DNA of 11,317 nucleotides from a virus: UHGV virus genome UHGV-0229837; one strand, 5' to 3'. Shown piece by piece: positions 1 to 6,227 of this stretch (position 1 is its first letter; each line of letters starts with the position of its first letter). The notes under the pieces were generated by a model. It saw only the letters and a program-made list of their open reading frames with translations, ran no database searches and was not told where the DNA came from. The position numbers and the translations under genes were made by a program.

Positions 1-56
1 GGAAAAACGCAAAGCGGGAGTGCTGGCAAAAAACGCCACGCCAATCAGTGATGATG

Positions 57-124
57 AAATGGCGGAAAGCGGACAACATTAATGACCAATAGCGGACATT
101 AAAAATGGCGAAAAACGGCCAATA
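57..124. repeat. Imperfect direct repeat pair (AAATGGCGGAAAGCGGACAACATTAA and AAAATGGCGAAAAACGGCCAATAA), each containing a mini-ORF (MAESGQH / MAKNGQ)
   Basis: Read directly from sequence; two about 24-nt units with about 19 matching positions, spaced about 45 nt apart at the window edge. Function unknown. Confidence 0.3.
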
Positions 125-127
125 ATC

Positions 128-403
128 TTGGCGTTGACACCATCGGAAAGACCATATTGCCATCACGCTTCTGTCCGGGTTGACGAAAAAGAGCGTCAGG
201 TCCGCTGTAAAATCTGCGGTGCAGTTGTGGAGCCATTTGACTGGATGCTCTCTGTGGCGAAAAGAGAAACCAGACTGGCAGATGATGTAAGGCTCTTGCG
301 CCAGGAGGAACGGGAAAGGCGAAAAAATATAGAAAAGCTAATTCAGATTGAGCGTAACGGGAAAGCGCGGATACGCAGGGTGACAAAATCCAAAACTGAA
401 TAA
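128..403 (+). CDS. Hypothetical small protein with CHH...CxxC motif and a basic, coiled-coil-like C-terminus; start uncertain
   Basis: 91-codon ORF in the track; frame opens at 86 with no in-frame ATG until 245 and only TTG starts at 128/134, none with a Shine-Dalgarno. Charged, Lys/Arg/Glu-rich composition typical of small phage nin-region proteins. May be a fragment or use a non-ATG start. Confidence 0.3.
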   Translation: MALTPSERPYCHHASVRVDEKERQVRCKICGAVVEPFDWMLSVAKRETRLADDVRLLRQEERERRKNIEKLIQIERNGKARIRRVTKSKTE

Positions 404-496
404 TTAAATTTAGCACTGTTAAAAATTTAATCCTTAACCGGAGGGATTTCTGCACCCTCAGAACAGCAGGAGGCCACCCGAAAGGGCGGTAGTGAA

Positions 497-679
497 ATGC
501 GAAAGTTCAAAATAATTATTGAAACGGGAATGGCTGGTGGAGATTTCGAGGATGAATTCGAAGTGGATGCTGATGCGACGCCTGATGAAATACATGACGA
601 AGCAAAAGATATTTTCTTTAACTACTGCAATTACTCATATCACGAAATAAAAGACGAAGAGGAAGAGCAAAATGGCTGA
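497..679 (+). CDS. Small acidic protein (60 aa), nin-region-like
   Basis: ATG start; perfect AGGAGG at 468-473 separated from the ATG by a GNRA-tetraloop hairpin; stop overlaps the start of the next ORF (ATGGCTGA). Acidic C-terminus (DEEEEQNG) loosely resembles lambda NinF-type proteins, from memory only. Confidence 0.5.
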   Translation: MRKFKIIIETGMAGGDFEDEFEVDADATPDEIHDEAKDIFFNYCNYSYHEIKDEEEEQNG

Positions 680-848
680 TTTTGGTTCAACTAAATACAA
701 CGTCAGTTTTGAAAAATGGCATGAACTGTTAATGGACTATGCAGAGTTACGTGGTGGCAGTGCTGCTGATGCTGAAGCATGGCGTGATGATTATGAAGCA
801 GGAAAAAATCCGGTCGAAGCATATTGTGATGAGTGGGGCGATGAATGA
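672..848 (+). CDS. Small hypothetical protein (58 aa: MADFGSTKYNVSFEKWHELLMDYAELRGGSAADAEAWRDDYEAGKNPVEAYCDEWGDE)
   Basis: Hand-translated; absent from the track because it is under 60 aa. ATG overlaps the upstream stop, and its own stop overlaps the next ATG (ATGA), indicating translational coupling in a small-gene operon. Confidence 0.45.
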   Translation: MADFGSTKYNVSFEKWHELLMDYAELRGGSAADAEAWRDDYEAGKNPVEAYCDEWGDE

Positions 849-1132
849 GCGAGATTAATTATCAGGAAGGGTATGAAACGGCGGGGCAAGCAAAACCAGT
901 GGCATGGCGATATCGCTACGTGAAAAAAGGCGTTACGGACTTTCAGGAGAAGTAGTGGCCTGTTGACTGGAAATATGTACCGAAAAAAGAGGATTGTAAC
1001 GACAGGCCGAACTATCAAATTCAGGCCTTATTCACTGCCTCACCAGCCCTGGTTACATCAGAAGAACTGGTTAAAGCTGTGCACTTTTATGAACAACTAA
1101 AACGCGAAAATCCACCAACATCCGGCAACTAG
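845..1132 (+). pseudogene. Small ORF interrupted by an in-frame amber codon: 36 codons (MSEINYQEGYETAGQAKPVAWRYRYVKKGVTDFQEK), TAG at 953-955, then 58 further sense codons with no start codon, to TAG at 1130-1132
   Basis: Hand-translated. The ATG at 845 overlaps the upstream stop (ATGA). The 58-codon open stretch downstream of the amber has no ATG/GTG/TTG start near its beginning, consistent with a nonsense-split 94-codon gene or stop-codon readthrough. Confidence 0.35.
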
Positions 1133-1386
1133 ATTAATGGGTTAACTATGTCGGTTAAACGACCAGCCAACTGAAAAAGCGGAAACCTGATTATAGGTTG
1201 CCAGATAAGGCAATAAGCTACCTGGCGCGGAACGGACTGATAAGTATGGGGAATGTTTTACGATGAACCTTTAGACTAAAGAGTTTGTAACGCTATGTAA
1301 GTGATTTTTTCTAGTTTAGATATTTATATGTCCGGCCAAATTGAGGTGTGTTTAAATGTAATTGCACATTGATTGTAGGAGGAATA

Positions 1387-1566
1387 ATGAAAAACGCATT
1401 GCAGTTTTTGTTTGTTGCGTTCTGGTTGTTCGTATCATGTATGCCCATCATCTTCACAGCAAGGTATATGGAAAAAGTTGATGTTTTGATATTAATATTT
1501 GGATATATAAATGCCCTTTTTTTAGGGGTGTTCATGGCGGTCATGTGCATTGAATACTGGCGGTAA
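1387..1566 (+). CDS. Small hydrophobic membrane protein (59 aa, two predicted transmembrane helices)
   Basis: ATG at 1387 preceded by TAGGAGG (1376-1382) at 4-nt spacing; the track ORF 1348-1566 is an N-terminal over-extension from GTG. Sequence MKNALQFLFVAFWLFVSCMPIIFTARYMEKVDVLILIFGYINALFLGVFMAVMCIEYWR has two long hydrophobic segments. Confidence 0.5.
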   Translation: MKNALQFLFVAFWLFVSCMPIIFTARYMEKVDVLILIFGYINALFLGVFMAVMCIEYWR

Positions 1567-1620
1567 ATACAGCGAACTCCATTGGTTTAGTTGGATATTT
1601 ATTGTGCTGGACAAAAACGG

Positions 1621-1649
1621 TTTGCGGGGAAATCTTAGTTAAGTAGAAT
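1621..1649 (+). promoter_or_regulatory. Putative hok mRNA promoter (-10 TAGAAT at 1644-1649, weak -35 around 1621-1627)
   Basis: The -10 hexamer lies 5-7 nt upstream of GCGGGTGCTTGAGG (1654-1667), which matches the conserved 5' end of hok mRNAs as I recall them. Confidence 0.4.
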
Positions 1650-1702
1650 GACTGCGGGTGCTTGAGGCTATCTGCCTCGGGCATGAACACCAACGGCAGA
1701 TA

Positions 1703-1776
1703 GAGAAAAGCCCCAGTTAACATTACGCGTCCTGCAAGACGCTTAACATTAATCTGAGGCCATATCTATGCGACAC
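1703..1776 (-). ncRNA. sok: Sok-like antisense RNA (antitoxin of the hok/sok type I toxin-antitoxin system); ends approximate
   Basis: A minus-strand promoter sits just downstream (in + coordinates) and would start transcription near 1775, antisense to the mok start region. The minus-strand transcript can form a long imperfect hairpin followed by UUUUCUCU. Confidence 0.5.
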
Positions 1777-1827
1777 ATAGAGATTAGCCTCTTACGGACC
1801 GAAAGGTCAAGGAGAAGCAGGCTATGA
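1768..1827 (+). CDS. mok: mok-like leader ORF (19 codons) translationally coupled to hok
   Basis: ATG at 1768; stop TGA at 1825-1827 overlaps the hok ATG (ATGA). Upstream CAAGGAGAAGCAGGCTATG resembles the R1 hok/mok junction from memory. Confidence 0.4.
   Translation: MRHIEISLLRTERSRRSRL
1782..1810 (-). promoter_or_regulatory. Sok promoter on the minus strand (-35 TTGACC, 17-18 bp spacer, -10 TAATCT)
   Basis: Reverse complement of 1781-1810 reads TTGACCTTTCGGTCCGTAAGAGGCTAATCT; near-consensus sigma70 hexamers oriented antisense to the hok leader. Confidence 0.5.
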
Positions 1828-1979
1828 AGCAGCAAAAGGCGATGTTAATCGCCCTGATCGTCATCTGTTTAACCGTCATAGTGACGGCACTGGTAACGAG
1901 GAAAGACCTCTGCGAGGTACGAATCCGAACCGGCCAGACGGAGGTCGCTGTCTTCACAGTTTACGAACCTGAGGAGTAA
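1824..1979 (+). CDS. hok: Hok family host-killing toxin (51 aa, single transmembrane helix)
   Basis: Hand-translated: MKQQKAMLIALIVICLTVIVTALVTRKDLCEVRIRTGQTEVAVFTVYEPEE, a recognisable Hok/Gef-family sequence (N-terminal TM helix, conserved Cys, C-terminal YEPEE); under 60 aa so absent from the track. Confidence 0.9.
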   Translation: MKQQKAMLIALIVICLTVIVTALVTRKDLCEVRIRTGQTEVAVFTVYEPEE

Positions 1980-2028
1980 GAGACCCGGCGAGGGAGAAAT
2001 CCCTCGCCACCTCGGATGTGTCAGGCAT

Positions 2029-2043
2029 CCTCAATGCACCCGC
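2029..2043 (+). promoter_or_regulatory. fbi-like 3' element of hok mRNA, complementary to the 5' tac region (1654-1667)
   Basis: 3' CCTCAATGCACCCGC versus the reverse complement of 5' GCGGGTGCTTGAGG (CCTCAAGCACCCGC): a 14/15 match with one inserted base, the long-range fold-back pairing characteristic of hok mRNAs. Confidence 0.5.
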
Positions 2044-2049
2044 ACTTAA

Positions 2050-2072
2050 CCCGCTTCGGCGGGTTTATTTTA
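2050..2072 (+). terminator. Intrinsic terminator downstream of hok
   Basis: Stem CCCGC / loop TTCG / GCGGG followed by TTTATTTTAT. Confidence 0.6.
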
Positions 2073-2358
2073 TCTGTGAATATTTTTATAAAAATAATGC
2101 CCACACACAGCATAAAACAAAAAGTATCACAGATAAAAAAGGAGCGTAATGTGCAGATTTGTTGTTTTCCATATTTACTCACTTTAACATAATCAATATT
2201 GATATGGTTGTTGTTTCGGTGGTTTCAAACGAGATGTTATGATGATCTGGTAAAATTGCATAACATTAAAATTTAATTTATCTAATCGCTTTTAATAATA
2301 AGCGTTGTGTTTATCCCAACAATCTGTTGTTTGACTTTTATTCCATTAATGTAGGGGC

Positions 2359-2386
2359 TTTACACTGGAACCAGTTTATTTATACT
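2359..2386 (+). promoter_or_regulatory. Sigma70-like promoter for the downstream operon (-35 TTTACA, 16-bp spacer, -10 TATACT)
   Basis: Near-consensus hexamers with optimal spacing about 50 nt upstream of the ATG at 2438; lies inside the N-terminal extension of the track ORF 2327-2716, which argues for the shorter ORF. Confidence 0.4.
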
Positions 2387-2437
2387 TTATACGCCAGCCT
2401 GAACAACTGGCACCTGCTGCGCCAGCAGAGACAACCG

Positions 2438-2716
2438 ATGGCGCACGATACCAAATTACACAATTCTGATGATTCTGCCGTCTTTGCCAGCAGGTGCGGA
2501 CGGCGTTTTCATGCATTCAAATCGGACTGGTTCCAGCATCCACCATGCACTGAAGAGCAGGCTGAATGGATAATTCAGTGTTACCGCAGGCGCGGATACG
2601 AGGTTAAAAAAGCCCTTAGCCTCGACTACCGTCACTGGATAATCTCAGTCAGATTGCCTTACTCCGAACGCCCACCGCGTCCATCCCGCACATTCCAGCA
2701 ACGCATCTGGAGGTAA
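2438..2716 (+). CDS. Hypothetical protein (92 aa from ATG 2438; the track gives a 129-aa version from TTG 2327)
   Basis: ORF ending TAA at 2714-2716, immediately before the next gene's SD and GTG start; sits where rem lies in K-12 Qin, but identity is unverified. Confidence 0.5.
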   Translation: MAHDTKLHNSDDSAVFASRCGRRFHAFKSDWFQHPPCTEEQAEWIIQCYRRRGYEVKKALSLDYRHWIISVRLPYSERPPRPSRTFQQRIWR

Positions 2717-2717
2717 C

Positions 2718-3767
2718 GTGCGGGTATTACTTCGACCTGTTCTGGTACCGGAACTCGGGCTGGTGATCGTTAAGCCGGGCCGTGAATCCATGCCGGTATT
2801 CCACAATACCCGGTTACTGGTGGAGCCGGAACCGAAAAGCATGCGTAATCTGCCGTCCGGGGTCGTTCCTGCCGCTCGCCAGCCGCTGGTGGAAGACAAA
2901 ACATTGCTGCCGTTTTTCAGTAACGCACGGGTGATTCGTGCTGCTGGTGGTGCTGGTGCATTGTCTGACTGGCTGTTGCGCCATATTAAATCCTGCCAGT
3001 GGCCACACGGCGATTATCATCACAGCGAAACCGTCATTCACCGTTATGGTACCGGCGCAATGGTGTTGTGCTGGCACTGCGACAACCAGCTGCGTGACCA
3101 GACATCCGAATCACTCGAGCAAGTTGCTCATCAAAACCTGTCAGCATGGATGATTGACGTCATCGGTCACGCAATAAGCGGTACGCAGGAGCGTGAATTA
3201 TCTCTGGCTGAATTATCCTGGTGGGCGGTCCGCAATCAGGTGGCGGACGCGCTACCGGAAGCGGTATTACGTCGTTCGCTGGGGTTGCGTGCGGAAAAAA
3301 TCCGCTCAATGTACCGTGAAAGCGACATCGTACCGGGAGAGCAGACCGCCACCAGCATACTGAAACAGCGCACAAAAAATCTTGCGCCGCTGCCTCACGC
3401 CCACCAGCAACAGAACCCACCACAGGAAAAGACGGTGGTCAGCATTGCCGTTGATCCTGAGTCTCCGGAATCTTTCATGAAACGACCTAAACGTCGCCGC
3501 TGGGTTAACGAGAAATACACACGCTGGGTGAAGACACAGCCGTGTGCGTGTTGTGGTAAGCCAGCCGACGATCCCCATCACCTGATTGGTCATGGTCAGG
3601 GCGGAATGGGGACAAAATCTCACGATATTTTCACGCTACCGCTGTGTCGGGAGCATCACAACGAGCTTCATGCGGATCCTCTGGCGTTCGAAGAAAAGCA
3701 TGGTTCTCAGGTTGATTTAATTTTTCGTTTTCTTGATCACGCCTTTGCAACTGGCGTGCTTGGGTAA
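2718..3767 (+). CDS. YdfU-like prophage protein (349 aa; DUF968-type from memory) with a C-terminal HNH/NinG-like zinc-finger nuclease motif
   Basis: GTG start at 2718 preceded by GGAGG (2709-2713). C-terminus CACCGKPADDPHHLIGHGQGG...LPLCREHHNELH fits the CxxC...HH...C..H pattern of HNH/NinG(Rap)-like nucleases. Length and position (upstream of rusA and Q) match the Qin YdfU context. Confidence 0.75.
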   Translation: MRVLLRPVLVPELGLVIVKPGRESMPVFHNTRLLVEPEPKSMRNLPSGVVPAARQPLVEDKTLLPFFSNARVIRAAGGAGALSDWLLRHIKSCQWPHGDYHHSETVIHRYGTGAMVLCWHCDNQLRDQTSESLEQVAHQNLSAWMIDVIGHAISGTQERELSLAELSWWAVRNQVADALPEAVLRRSLGLRAEKIRSMYRESDIVPGEQTATSILKQRTKNLAPLPHAHQQQNPPQEKTVVSIAVDPESPESFMKRPKRRRWVNEKYTRWVKTQPCACCGKPADDPHHLIGHGQGGMGTKSHDIFTLPLCREHHNELHADPLAFEEKHGSQVDLIFRFLDHAFATGVLG

Positions 3768-3779
3768 AAGAGGTGACTG

Positions 3780-4154
3780 ATGCTCATAGATTTGGTTTTA
3801 CCTTACCCGCCGACGGTGAACACTTACTGGCGACGCCGTGGCAGCACATATTTTATCTCGGAGGAGGGAAAGCGTTATCGCCGTGCTGTGGCGCTTATTG
3901 TTCGCCAGCAGCGGCTGAAATTAAGCCTGTCCGGAAGGCTGGCGATAAAGGTGATTGCAGAGCCACCGGATAAGCGTCGTCGCGACCTGGACAATATCCT
4001 GAAAGCACCGCTGGATGCGCTGACGCATGCGGGAGTGTTAATGGACGATGAGCAGTTTGATGAAATCAATATCGTTCGTGGTCAGCCAGTATCTGGTGGA
4101 CGTCTGGGGGTGAAGATTTACCCCATAATGCATGAAGAGCAGGTCAAAAAATGA
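3780..4154 (+). CDS. rusA: RusA-family Holliday junction resolvase
   Basis: 124 aa; the motif PDKRRRDLDNILKAPLDAL matches the RusA catalytic Asp cluster (compare RusA ...PDRRRRDLDNLQKAAFDAL...). SD AAGAGGTG upstream; stop overlaps the Q start (ATGA). Confidence 0.85.
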   Translation: MLIDLVLPYPPTVNTYWRRRGSTYFISEEGKRYRRAVALIVRQQRLKLSLSGRLAIKVIAEPPDKRRRDLDNILKAPLDALTHAGVLMDDEQFDEINIVRGQPVSGGRLGVKIYPIMHEEQVKK

Positions 4155-4972
4155 AACTGGAAGATTTACCGAAATACTACTCCCCAAAATCCCCTTGCCT
4201 GACCGATGCATCGGCCTCAACGTCAAAAGATGCGCTGAGTATCACTGATGTGATGGCCGCGCAGGGCATGACACAGAATCGGGCTGAGATGGGGTTTTCT
4301 GCGTTCCTGGGGAAGATGGGCATCAGTATGAATGACAGGGCGCGGGCAACAGAATTACTGGCAGATTATGCACTCAGTCGGTGCGATCGTGTGGCGGCGT
4401 TGAGAAAACTTCCGGCAGAAATAAAACCGGTAGTGATGCGCATTATGGCTTCGTGCGCTTTTGAGGATTATGCCCGCAGCGCAGCGAGTAAAAAGCTGTG
4501 CCCTTGTTGCTATGGGGAAAAATTTATTGAAAGCGTAGTTTTTACAAACAAGGTCCAGTATCCGGATGGTAAGCCGCCGGTATGGGCAAAGTGTACGAAA
4601 GGTGTGTATCCGTCTTACTGGGAAGAATGGAAAAAAGTCAGGGAGGTGGTAAAAGTTGCCTGTCCGGAGTGTGGCGGGAAGGGTGAGGTTTCCACCGCCT
4701 GTAAGGATTGCCGTGGGCGTGGTGTCGCCATTCATCGTGAAGAGTCGGTAAAACGTGGTATGCCTGTTATCAGAGACTGCCAGCGTTGTGGTGGTCGTGG
4801 CTATGAAAGGCTACCATCAACGGAGGCATTTAATGCTATATGCGAGGTGACAAACCAGATAACACGCGCGTCATGGGAAAAAACAGTTAAGAAATTCTAT
4901 GATGCGCTGGTGACCCGGTTTGATATTGAAGAAGCATGGGCTGAGCGGCAGTTAAAAAAGGTAACTAGGTAA
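4151..4972 (+). CDS. Late-gene antiterminator Q-family protein (273 aa) with DnaJ-like CxxCxGxG zinc-finger repeats
   Basis: Position between rusA and the PR'-tR'-tRNA late region; repeated motifs CPECGGKG, CKDCRGRG, CQRCGGRG; the K-12 Qin counterpart would be quuQ. Not verified by alignment. Confidence 0.75.
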   Translation: MKLEDLPKYYSPKSPCLTDASASTSKDALSITDVMAAQGMTQNRAEMGFSAFLGKMGISMNDRARATELLADYALSRCDRVAALRKLPAEIKPVVMRIMASCAFEDYARSAASKKLCPCCYGEKFIESVVFTNKVQYPDGKPPVWAKCTKGVYPSYWEEWKKVREVVKVACPECGGKGEVSTACKDCRGRGVAIHREESVKRGMPVIRDCQRCGGRGYERLPSTEAFNAICEVTNQITRASWEKTVKKFYDALVTRFDIEEAWAERQLKKVTR

Positions 4973-4977
4973 CAAGG

Positions 4978-5005
4978 TTGATTTTTCCGGAATCTGTGGT
5001 AAATT
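4978..5005 (+). promoter_or_regulatory. Late promoter PR' (-35 TTGATT, 16-bp spacer, -10 TAAATT), likely Q utilisation site region
   Basis: Located 6 nt after the Q stop; the -10 TAAATT is the same hexamer I recall for lambda PR'. A short leader follows, ending in a terminator. Confidence 0.5.
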
Positions 5006-5053
5006 CGTCATAACGATGGGCGTTTTATGCCTGACGTTAGAAGAGTTTCTACA

Positions 5054-5079
5054 ACCCGCCGCCGAGCGGGTTTTTTATT
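5054..5079 (+). terminator. tR'-like intrinsic terminator of the short PR' leader transcript
   Basis: Stem ACCCGC / loop CGCCGA / GCGGGT followed by TTTTTTATT, about 45-65 nt downstream of the predicted start site. Confidence 0.6.
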
Positions 5080-5115
5080 GCGGAATTAATTACGGACCGT
5101 TATTATTCTGCTCCC

Positions 5116-5191
5116 GGTCCTTTAGCTCAGTGGTGAGAGCGAGCGACTCATAATCGCCAGGTCGCTGGTTCAAATCCAGCAAGGGCCACCA
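5116..5191 (+). tRNA. ileZ: tRNA-Ile2 (anticodon CAU, lysidine type, reads AUA), phage ileZ-like
   Basis: Hand-folded cloverleaf: acceptor GGTCCTT/AAGGGCC, D-arm GCTC/GAGC, anticodon loop CTCATAA, T-arm GCTGG/CCAGC, 3' ACCA. C4:G69 and C5:G68 plus strong similarity to E. coli ileX as recalled favour Ile2 over elongator Met. Confidence 0.8.
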
Positions 5192-5295
5192 TCACAAACC
5201 GCCATTAGCTTATCAGGAAGAGCAGACGACACGATAACAGGGGTGTTGGTGCGGGGGGGCGCGGGTCCCCGATGGCGGTCCATTATCGGTATTCA

Positions 5296-5372
5296 GCGTT
5301 GTTAGCTCAGCCGGACAGAGCAATTGCCTTCTAAGCAATCGGTCACTGGTTCGAATCCAGTACAGCGCGCCA
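5296..5372 (+). tRNA. argN: tRNA-Arg (anticodon UCU, reads AGA), phage argN-like
   Basis: Hand-folded cloverleaf: acceptor GCGTTGT/ACAGCGC, D-arm GCTC/GAGC, anticodon stem ATTGC/GCAAT with loop CTTCTAA, T-arm ACTGG/CCAGT, 3' GCCA. Confidence 0.8.
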
Positions 5373-5509
5373 TATTCATTCTTCCAGATTCCTTCCGGCA
5401 GAGCCTTATACTGGAATATACCTGGCTCAGGATATTGTTGAAAATATTATATGTTTGTCAAAAATAAAAGTTCTGTTAAGTATTGATTGAGTGTTTGTTA
5501 TACGGTCTA

Positions 5510-5836
5510 ATGGTTTTTTCAGTATTAAATATTTATCATTCATATGGTGTGGGTAGAGTGAATATTGATGAGGCGTCGGGGTGTTTCATCCTTAGGCAGC
5601 GTATTGATATAGTCAATGCAGCACGAGCAAAGGCCTTCAGCCGTTTGACAGTTTTGTTCTGTACTCCTGATCGTCTTTCGGGAAGAGACGTTATTCTTCT
5701 GAATAGTGATGCTATACAGAGGGTTTGCGATGAGTTCATGGTTGCTAATTCAGAATTATTTGCTCTTGTTCAGGAGTACAACAGAATAGCCAGGACCTGT
5801 GGTATGGATGAACTTCGGATTACTCATCTGGGGTAG
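5510..5836 (+). CDS. Hypothetical cargo (moron) protein (108 aa from ATG 5510; the track gives 117 aa from TTG 5483)
   Basis: Single long ORF in the first part of the cargo island; weak SD; no motif I recognise. Start codon uncertain. Confidence 0.4.
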   Translation: MVFSVLNIYHSYGVGRVNIDEASGCFILRQRIDIVNAARAKAFSRLTVLFCTPDRLSGRDVILLNSDAIQRVCDEFMVANSELFALVQEYNRIARTCGMDELRITHLG

Positions 5837-6227
5837 ATACATATCTGGATTATCACCTGTTACGGTAAAAAGTGATTGCTTACTGTTTTTGTGAATGGCA
5901 TTGCAGCAGCCGGATAATGTCAGTGCTGGCTGACGGTGTGCTGGTGGCGGGTGTGGTGGTTGTTGCTTTCCCGTTGCTGAAAAAGAAAACGCCAGACTGT
6001 TAGCCGGGTATCAGTTAGCGGGAGAAATTTTTAAATACTTCACAATTCAGGCGGTTGACTGTTGTCTGGTTTGCGGGGAGTTTGTTAAAAGAAACTGGCA
6101 TGGTGAATCCCCCTGTGCGGAGGGGCAATCAGCGAGTAGGTATATGGGATAATCGCGGATTCAGGTGCTGGTACTGAATTCACCGGGAGGCACCCGGCAC
6201 CATGCAATGGCACATAGCGCCACTCTC

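Noticed and set aside
134-139. Perfect TTGACA hexamer
   Set aside because: No acceptable -10 hexamer 16-18 bp downstream, so it is not called as a promoter.
99-455. 118-aa minus-strand ORF
   Set aside because: Entirely antisense to the + strand ORF at 128-403, with no SD or promoter and a composition resembling translated non-coding DNA; judged a shadow ORF.
791-1018. 75-aa minus-strand ORF
   Set aside because: Antisense to the translationally coupled + strand small ORFs; no translation signals.
1348-1386. N-terminal extension of the small membrane protein from GTG 1348
   Set aside because: The ATG at 1387 has a perfect TAGGAGG at ideal spacing; the extension has none.
1311-1723. Minus-strand ORFs 1311-1550 and 1541-1723
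   Set aside because: They overlap the small membrane protein gene and the hok promoter and leader on the opposite strand; the + strand features have far better signals.
2327-2437. TTG-initiated N-terminal extension of the ORF ending at 2716
   Set aside because: A near-consensus promoter (2359-2386) lies inside it, so translation from the ATG at 2438 is more plausible.
2645-3623. Minus-strand ORFs 2645-2899, 2814-3077, 3160-3423, 3306-3623 and + strand 2938-3153
   Set aside because: All lie within the 349-aa YdfU-like gene in other frames; GC-rich coding DNA generates such shadow ORFs.
3773-4735. ORFs 3773-3973 (+), 3875-4069 (-), 4038-4226 (-) and 4355-4735 (-)
   Set aside because: Alternative-frame or antisense ORFs inside rusA and Q, which have clear family signatures.
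5536-5739. 67-aa minus-strand ORF
   Set aside because: Antisense within the 5510-5836 ORF with no translation signals; kept in mind only because that region is itself uncharacterised.
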